Assembly: GCA_963801355.1 (NCBI GenBank)
Contig: CAWDEM010000004.1
Coordinates: 1,280,001 to 1,344,000 of the forward strand
Length of the DNA stretch: 64,000 nt
Direction of reading: 5' to 3'
Source: Ignavibacteriota bacterium
GTDB lineage: Bacteria; Bacteroidota; Ignavibacteria; UBA10030; UBA6906
Below, one piece after another: positions 58,385-64,000 of this stretch (the first letter of the stretch is position 1; each line of letters opens with the position of its first letter). A program made the translations under genes and the position numbers. The notes beneath the pieces are model-generated. The model did not search any database. It saw only the letters and a program-made list of their open reading frames with translations, and was not told the DNA's origin.

Positions 58385-58657
58385 CCTTGGCGCACAATGA
58401 TTCATGGCCCGGCATTGTCGGGCCCGTCCACTTTGTCTCCATCCAGTGAACCGCTTCGAACGGTGGAGTATATTGCGCGCGGAATCACTTGCGAGGAAGA
58501 CGCAATTCTCCGTCAGGCTCCCCGTCACCCAACGGCACGGAATACCGCGAATACGGTATTGAAATGCCCAGCAATTAAACCGTATATTTCCAGGAATGCC
58601 GCACCAGAACAACACACAGGCAGGCCAAACCCAATTCATCAACTGGAGGATACTGTC

Positions 58658-60478
58658 ATGATGCTCATGCGTCTAGTCGCGGTGCTTATCGCATGCGTGC
58701 TGTTGTGGGCGGTCTCTGCGCCGGCGCAGTCTCTTGAGGAGCTGCAAAACGACGAGATCAACGTGGCGACACGTCCATCCAATGATGTCCAGCAGCTGGC
58801 AAAGGAATTGTCGCAAGCCCGAAAAGCCGGTGATTACACCCGTGCAAGGGAGCTGGAGCGCATACTCTTCACCGCCATGCCCACTCTTCCCGCGGATGCC
58901 GCGCCGCTGATCTACGGGGGCAGCTACGACATGCCGGAAAACACGGCGGGTCCTCTCTGGGGCAACGACGTGAAGATCTACACCGGCCCCGTATGGTCAA
59001 ACGGCAAACGCCAGCTTGCCATCGATGCAGATACCCTCAAAGGCATCTATATCGGTATCAATGCAAAATACCAAGACACGCTCTCTCAAATCCTCGTTTA
59101 TCGTTCGACGAACGAGGGAAAGAACTGGACCTTCTTGACCAGATTCTATTCGACCGGTCAGGCATTCCAGTCGTTCGATATGTGCGTCACCGATACGGCT
59201 GGTGGTAAGTGGCTACTGGGATTCTCGCTTGTTCTCAAGACTGACAAGAGCGCAGCCGGCGGCGGTCATCTCTATTGGGGGAGCGTACTGAGCGACGGCT
59301 CGGATTGGCGGTACAAACTCATTGCCCCTGCGAGCCCTTCCACCAACTTCAGGAACCCAAGCATCTGCACGGATGGCACATACTACCCTCCCGGGACGAC
59401 CTATCACTACGTTGCCGCGGAATTTGTAAACCCTGCGACGGATGTGCCGCGTGGCCTGTTTGTCACCCGCACGACGGACTGGGGGAAGAACTGGGTCACC
59501 CCCGATAGTTCCATCAAAAACGTCCAGGAATCGACGCCCGTCATCGCCATCGACTGGAGCACGACCCCGGACAGTCTGTGCCTTGCGTTTACCCGGTTTA
59601 CAACTCCGAGTCGCGAAATCCGCGCTGCCCGCAATTCGATCACATTCTCCGGTGGATGGACAATCACCTATTTGGTGACCAAGACGGATGACTATGATCC
59701 TTCCATGGCAATTGACCCGATCCGGGGCAATGCTATCATCACCTATACTCGTGCCACGGGCGCACCGACGTACAACGATATTCTGTACCTCTACACTACA
59801 GATCTCTTCAAAACATTCAGCCGGGACAGCATCGCCGCAAGCACGGCAGTTGAGGAACTCAGCTCGGTGAGCTATGCGCCGTGGAAGACCGGTTACTATT
59901 GGAGGGTGGCATATCGCTCATCTCTCGGCACTGACACCATTTACTACAAAGCGGTCATGGACAAGCTTACGGGATTCTACACAACCAAGCCTACTGATGT
60001 GAGCCAGTATCAACCTTCGACACTTATCGCGCCGGTCGTTGGATTCGATAGAGACATCGGAGGAACAGATTACCGCGGCAATTGCGCTTACGTCGGCTAC
60101 GGGCCTCAAAATGTATATTTCGATGCGGTCGACATGGTGCTGGATGTCCCCATCGAGGAAGGCGTTCCTGCAGCATATGCACTTCACCAGAACTACCCCA
60201 ACCCGTTCAACCCGACGACGACCATCAAGTACGAGTTGCCCAAGTTGTCGGAAGTGACTTTGGGTGTGTATGACATGCTCGGTCGTGAGGTATCGGTGCT
60301 GGTGAATGACAGGAGGGATGCGGGAGTTCATGAAGCGAAGTTTGACGGAGCAGGGCTGTCAAGCGGGATGTATTTCTATCGGATGCAGGTCCGCCCTCTG
60401 GAATCCGCCATCGGGCGTGACTCCAAGAGCGGAGCAGGAAACTTCATTCAGACGCGCAAGCTGCTATTGTTGAGATGA
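58658..60478 (+). CDS. Secreted protein with Asp-box motifs and T9SS CTD
   Basis: SD GGAGG, signal peptide, YRSTNEGKNW and RTTDWGKNW, HQNYPNPFNPTT CTD. Confidence 0.82.
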   Translation: MMLMRLVAVLIACVLLWAVSAPAQSLEELQNDEINVATRPSNDVQQLAKELSQARKAGDYTRARELERILFTAMPTLPADAAPLIYGGSYDMPENTAGPLWGNDVKIYTGPVWSNGKRQLAIDADTLKGIYIGINAKYQDTLSQILVYRSTNEGKNWTFLTRFYSTGQAFQSFDMCVTDTAGGKWLLGFSLVLKTDKSAAGGGHLYWGSVLSDGSDWRYKLIAPASPSTNFRNPSICTDGTYYPPGTTYHYVAAEFVNPATDVPRGLFVTRTTDWGKNWVTPDSSIKNVQESTPVIAIDWSTTPDSLCLAFTRFTTPSREIRAARNSITFSGGWTITYLVTKTDDYDPSMAIDPIRGNAIITYTRATGAPTYNDILYLYTTDLFKTFSRDSIAASTAVEELSSVSYAPWKTGYYWRVAYRSSLGTDTIYYKAVMDKLTGFYTTKPTDVSQYQPSTLIAPVVGFDRDIGGTDYRGNCAYVGYGPQNVYFDAVDMVLDVPIEEGVPAAYALHQNYPNPFNPTTTIKYELPKLSEVTLGVYDMLGREVSVLVNDRRDAGVHEAKFDGAGLSSGMYFYRMQVRPLESAIGRDSKSGAGNFIQTRKLLLLR

Positions 60479-60495
60479 GCTATAGCCAGTAATTG

Positions 60496-60539
60496 AACAA
60501 AAATAGCCCGGGCAGAGATGTCCGGGCCTTTGTTTGTTT
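60496..60539. terminator. Probable bidirectional terminator
   Basis: AACAAAAATAGCCCGGGCA-GAGA-TGTCCGGGCCTTTGTTTGTTT. Confidence 0.6.
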
Positions 60540-60666
60540 CGAGAGGAACATCGTCCACCGTCCTTTCGAGTGTCGGACGGTGAAAGTGAGCGCACACTAA
60601 ATCGCACACTCCGAGTGCAATTTCCTGTGCAGCGCGTGAGGTGGGCAAGAACAAAAGCGGTGAAAA

Positions 60667-60765
60667 TGGCGGGGACGGGTGGGGATCGAACCCACCTCCC
60701 GGGCTTTTCAGTCCGGGACAACGGATTTGAAGTCCGCGGGGACCACCAGGTTCCCTTTCATCCCC
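60667..60765 (-). tRNA. selC: tRNA-Sec (anticodon TCA)
   Basis: GCGGA-CT-TCA-AA-TCCGT anticodon arm, long variable arm (CCCGGACT-GAAA-AGCCCGGG), GTGGGTTCGATCCCCAC T-arm, G discriminator + encoded CCA, about 99 nt. Confidence 0.95.
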
Positions 60766-60825
60766 GATCACAACGGCCCAATTTCGCGATTCCCCCGGAG
60801 AATTCCAAGACCCTCCAGGTCACGA

Positions 60826-61914
60826 CTATCCCTCCAGTTTCAAGAAGACTGGCCTTCCTTCCGGTGATTGCATCAAGGGAATGACCTCTCCCACTTGACG
60901 CGCCGCAGTATCTCCAGCCTCGTGCAATGCATGTACTACTTCATGGACGCGATCTGACGGGACCGCCGCAAGGAGTCCGCCGGATGTCTGCGGATCGGTC
61001 ATCAACCTGAACTGGGCCCCGGATACCGCATCCGAGCGCATTGTGTGGGGTTCGACGTACTGATCCGATGTGATCTTGTGAGCTGATGGCGATACATCCA
61101 TGAGCGCAAAAGTTGATTCAAAACAAGGCAGGAGCGAGGCGTGGAAGACCAGAGTCACGCCGGCGTTCCGGGCGATGGGCAACGCGTGACCGAGCAATCC
61201 GAATCCCGTAACGTCCGTCATCGCGCTGACCTCGAACTTCTCGAGGACCCCGGAGGCGTACATATTCAGACGCTGCATGCTTGTGGCAAACTCTTCATAT
61301 TGTGCGATGGTCAGGCGATCTTTCGAAAGTGCCTCGGCATAGATGCTCGTGCCAAGCGATTTTGTGAGAATCAGCGCGTCACCGGCACGCGCGTGTGCGT
61401 TGGTCACAACCCGGTCAGGATGGATCGTGCCGGTCACGCTCATGCCGTAGAAAATCTGCTCCTGTTCCATAGAGTGGCCGCCCATGAGGACGACGTGGGC
61501 TTCCTGGAGTTTTTCCGCTGCGCCGGTGAGAAGCTTCGCTATGACTTCGGTGGGTATCAGCTTTGCGGGATACGCCAGGATATTCATCGCCGTCAGTGGC
61601 CGTCCGCCCATGGCCCACACATCGGAAAGACTGTTGGCAGCGACGATGCGCCCGAAAGTCCGCGCGTCGTTCACCACCGGTTGAAAGAAATCCAGTGTTT
61701 GCACCAGCGCCAGTTCCGGCGTGAGACGGTATACACCCGCGTCGTCCATGGTATCCATGTCGACCAGGATATCCGGTGACGATATCCGGGGAAGGCGGGA
61801 AAGAATCCCTGCCAACCTGGCAGGGGAGATTTTGCCCGCTCACCCAGCGCAGGCGGCGTAGGAGAGCAGTCGTATCTCCTTGCCACCCGGCATGTAGGGA
61901 GCCGTTTCTATCAT
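60826..61914 (-). CDS. selD: Selenide, water dikinase (selenophosphate synthetase), Sec-containing; TGA at 61840-61842
   Basis: RLLSYAACAG-TGA-AGKISP, DDAGVY, QTLDFF, ANSLSDVWAMGG, TDVTGFGLLGH, DPQTSGGLL. Start 61914 (ATGA overlap) or 61893. Confidence 0.95.
61807..61825 (-). promoter_or_regulatory. selD SECIS hairpin CCCTGCCA-GGT-TGGCAGGG
   Basis: 8-bp stem 14 nt after the UGA, G-rich apex. Confidence 0.8.
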
Positions 61915-62732
61915 GGCGGACATCCAATCCTATTATTGAGGGGATGTACAGCGAACGTGTTGTCCTTCCACTCCTCTGCAAGCAGTGCAGCGCCGAGTGC
62001 GCCGGTGAATTCCGGATCATCGGGGACCAGAATCGTCCGCCCGGTAACCGATTGAAGCGCGGCCACCACTCCCGGATTGCGGGCAACGCCGCCGGTGAAG
62101 ATCACCTGGTCTTCCCATCCAAGCCGGCCAGCCATGCCGATCACACGGCGCGCGACGGACTGAAACACGCCATTGAGGATGGAGGAGGCGGAGATACCCT
62201 GATGGAGCAATCCCACGATCTCGGTCTCGGCGAATACCGCGCACATCGAAGTGATCTCGCAAATTGCCGTGGTGGAAAGAGCGAGCCGGCCGGTATCCTC
62301 CACCGGCACCGAGAGCGTTCGTGCGACGGTCTCCAGAAATCGCCCGGTCCCCGCGGCACAGCGGTCGTTCATCGCGAACTCCAGCACCGAGGCCCGGGCA
62401 TCCAGCCGCATCATCTTGGAATCCTGGCCGCCGATATCAATTACCGTGCGAGCATCCGGAAAGCATGCGTGTACACCGGTCGCGTGACACCGGATTTCGG
62501 AATATGTTCCATCGGCGGCGGTGAAGTAGTGCCGGCCGAGACCCGTGGCAATGGTGCACTGCACGTCCTGCCGCTGAATGCCGTGGGTCTCCAGAACGCG
62601 CTGGTACAGCAATCCGGCATTCTCTCCGGGCGACGGACCGGATGGACACATCCCCCGGCCAAGCATCACGCCGTCTTCCAGAAGCACCACCTCGATTGAG
62701 GTTGAGCCGATGTCAATGCCCGATGTCAACAT
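61911..62732 (-). CDS. Acyl-CoA dehydratase activase-family ATPase (HgdC/BcrAD; DCCP-reductase-like)
   Basis: GIDIGST, ATGLGR, EIRCHA, IDIGGQDSK, MNDRCAAGTGRFLE, SMCAVFAETE, FTGGVARN. Confidence 0.92.
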   Translation of the reverse strand: MLTSGIDIGSTSIEVVLLEDGVMLGRGMCPSGPSPGENAGLLYQRVLETHGIQRQDVQCTIATGLGRHYFTAADGTYSEIRCHATGVHACFPDARTVIDIGGQDSKMMRLDARASVLEFAMNDRCAAGTGRFLETVARTLSVPVEDTGRLALSTTAICEITSMCAVFAETEIVGLLHQGISASSILNGVFQSVARRVIGMAGRLGWEDQVIFTGGVARNPGVVAALQSVTGRTILVPDDPEFTGALGAALLAEEWKDNTFAVHPLNNRIGCPP

Positions 62733-63999
62733 GAGTCTTGCTGTGCTCGTGGAGCACCTCGCTAAACGATTCCAGGCGCACGGAGAGTCTGTCCAGATCC
62801 TCGTACGAATAGTCTGTCACAATGGTAAGCGAAGGCACAGATCGTTTGCCGAGTTCCCTGTCAAGCGCCCGCGCCTCAATATTGTATGCATGACAAAATG
62901 AGAGAATGTGATGCACTACGCCTTCAATGTGGTACATGTCGAGAATCTGCCGGATGTTGTCCACACGCTCGCTGTTGGGCGAAAAGCACGCACAGTCAAT
63001 GGCGAAGTACCTGTCGGCAATCGCATCCAGCAGGCCGTCTATGTCACGAGGAGATTCATCGACCGGGTCCCGGAAGTACCGCATACCCGTGCATGTTTCG
63101 TCGGCAACGATTCGCATGCCGTGCTGTTCCACCGCGAAATGGACTTTTGCATAGCCGAGGGGTGACGGAGATCCGGCCACAAGAATCCGCGGGCCACGGT
63201 GCGGGTAGGCCGGGACTTCTCGCTGGACGCGGTCGTTGAGCTCATCCAGGAGTTCCTGTGCAATACGGATGAAGGCGGTCGGGTCCATCGCGAGGGCTGC
63301 CTGAGAGACCAGCAGGGCATCCAGTCCGGACAGGGGAGGCTCTTCGTTTTTCCGGAGTGCGTTGATGTCCTGAAGGACCCTCCTGCGTTTATTCACAAGT
63401 GCAACTGACTCCCGGAGGGTTTCACAGGTAATCGTCGTGCCACTCAGTTGTTCAATGAATTGCCGGAACTCGCGCACTTCAGAGCGCCAGAGCTCTTTGT
63501 CCAGAGGATTCTTTTTCTGGGGCACTTCGAGGACACGAAAGCCGAGGAGATCCCAGGCCTTCTTCTTAGCATCGCAAGTTGTTTCACCGACTACGGCATC
63601 CTTGAGGTTCTTGTAGGGACAGGTTCCGCTGAATGCCATGCCAAACGTTGACCGGATCAGCGGGCAGATATCCCGCGGGAACATTTTGTCCGCGTAGTCC
63701 ACCGGCCAGTTGCTGCCGCCGCAGAGGGGTATGGGGATGACACCTGCCGCAAAGGCGATTTCGTCCGGCACATAGATGCAAAAAGTTCCGATGGATTTGC
63801 TGCCCGCGCTTCTCTGCGCGGCGATTTCCGCTACGCGTGCGCCATGGCTGGCGTAAAACGCCTCGTCGAACAATGCCATGGCAGACGGCCGCCGCTCCGC
63901 AGCACCAAACGTTCGCTTGTGCAGCGCGGAGTTGTAGGCCTCCAGACGGTCATGCAGCTCGAGATTGACACCCACAGATGCCAGCAAGCTTCGCAATTC
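62713..63999 (-). CDS. 2-hydroxyacyl-CoA dehydratase-family protein, double-cubane cluster type (5' truncated)
   Basis: GTFCIYVP, PLCGG, ICPLIRS, CPY, GETTCDAKKK, DETCTG, DCACFSPN, FCHAY; frame stays open to the window end. Confidence 0.85.
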   Translation of the reverse strand, partial: ELRSLLASVGVNLELHDRLEAYNSALHKRTFGAAERRPSAMALFDEAFYASHGARVAEIAAQRSAGSKSIGTFCIYVPDEIAFAAGVIPIPLCGGSNWPVDYADKMFPRDICPLIRSTFGMAFSGTCPYKNLKDAVVGETTCDAKKKAWDLLGFRVLEVPQKKNPLDKELWRSEVREFRQFIEQLSGTTITCETLRESVALVNKRRRVLQDINALRKNEEPPLSGLDALLVSQAALAMDPTAFIRIAQELLDELNDRVQREVPAYPHRGPRILVAGSPSPLGYAKVHFAVEQHGMRIVADETCTGMRYFRDPVDESPRDIDGLLDAIADRYFAIDCACFSPNSERVDNIRQILDMYHIEGVVHHILSFCHAYNIEARALDRELGKRSVPSLTIVTDYSYEDLDRLSVRLESFSEVLHEHSKTHVDIGH

Positions 64000-64000
64000 C

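Noticed and set aside
1-64000. Genome-wide UGA reassignment (Trp/Gly) as the explanation for in-frame TGAs
   Set aside because: Many genes end at TGA exactly at their family terminus (PorV ...LGF, rpoD, CTDs ...LLR). The TCA-anticodon tRNA has the long-arm Sec architecture and sits beside selD.

Overview
GC-rich chromosomal segment from an FCB-group bacterium, most likely Ignavibacteria-like. This is an inference from the many T9SS CTD proteins, a PorV-family barrel, a short region-1.1-less RpoD, and TTGAC-17-TAnnnT promoters. Bases 1-23 kb hold TonB-dependent receptors, T9SS cargo, cell-envelope enzymes, tRNA-Glu/Gln and an OmpA. Bases 23-51 kb are mostly housekeeping genes (psd, pssA, purSQ, tatA x2, gatA, sucD, ndk, deoB, rpoD, def, fmt, parAB, OPT, pepD, PiT, MFS). 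The main discovery is hidden by the ORF track, which breaks at in-frame UGA codons. A five-gene minus-strand operon at 50941-55930 has an in-frame UGA followed by a hairpin in four of its five genes: a small lipoprotein ending CPT-U-G, a PEGA/TlpA lipoprotein (UMDC), a T9SS-secreted Asp-box beta-propeller (GGG-U-G) and a second TlpA-like protein (UREC). The fifth gene is an outer-membrane beta-barrel. About 5 kb away lie tRNA-Sec (selC), a Sec-containing SelD, and a double-cubane-type reductase/activase pair. Together these suggest a selenoprotein-rich extracytoplasmic redox system including a candidate new secreted selenoprotein family. All calls come from reading the sequence; no database searches were run.
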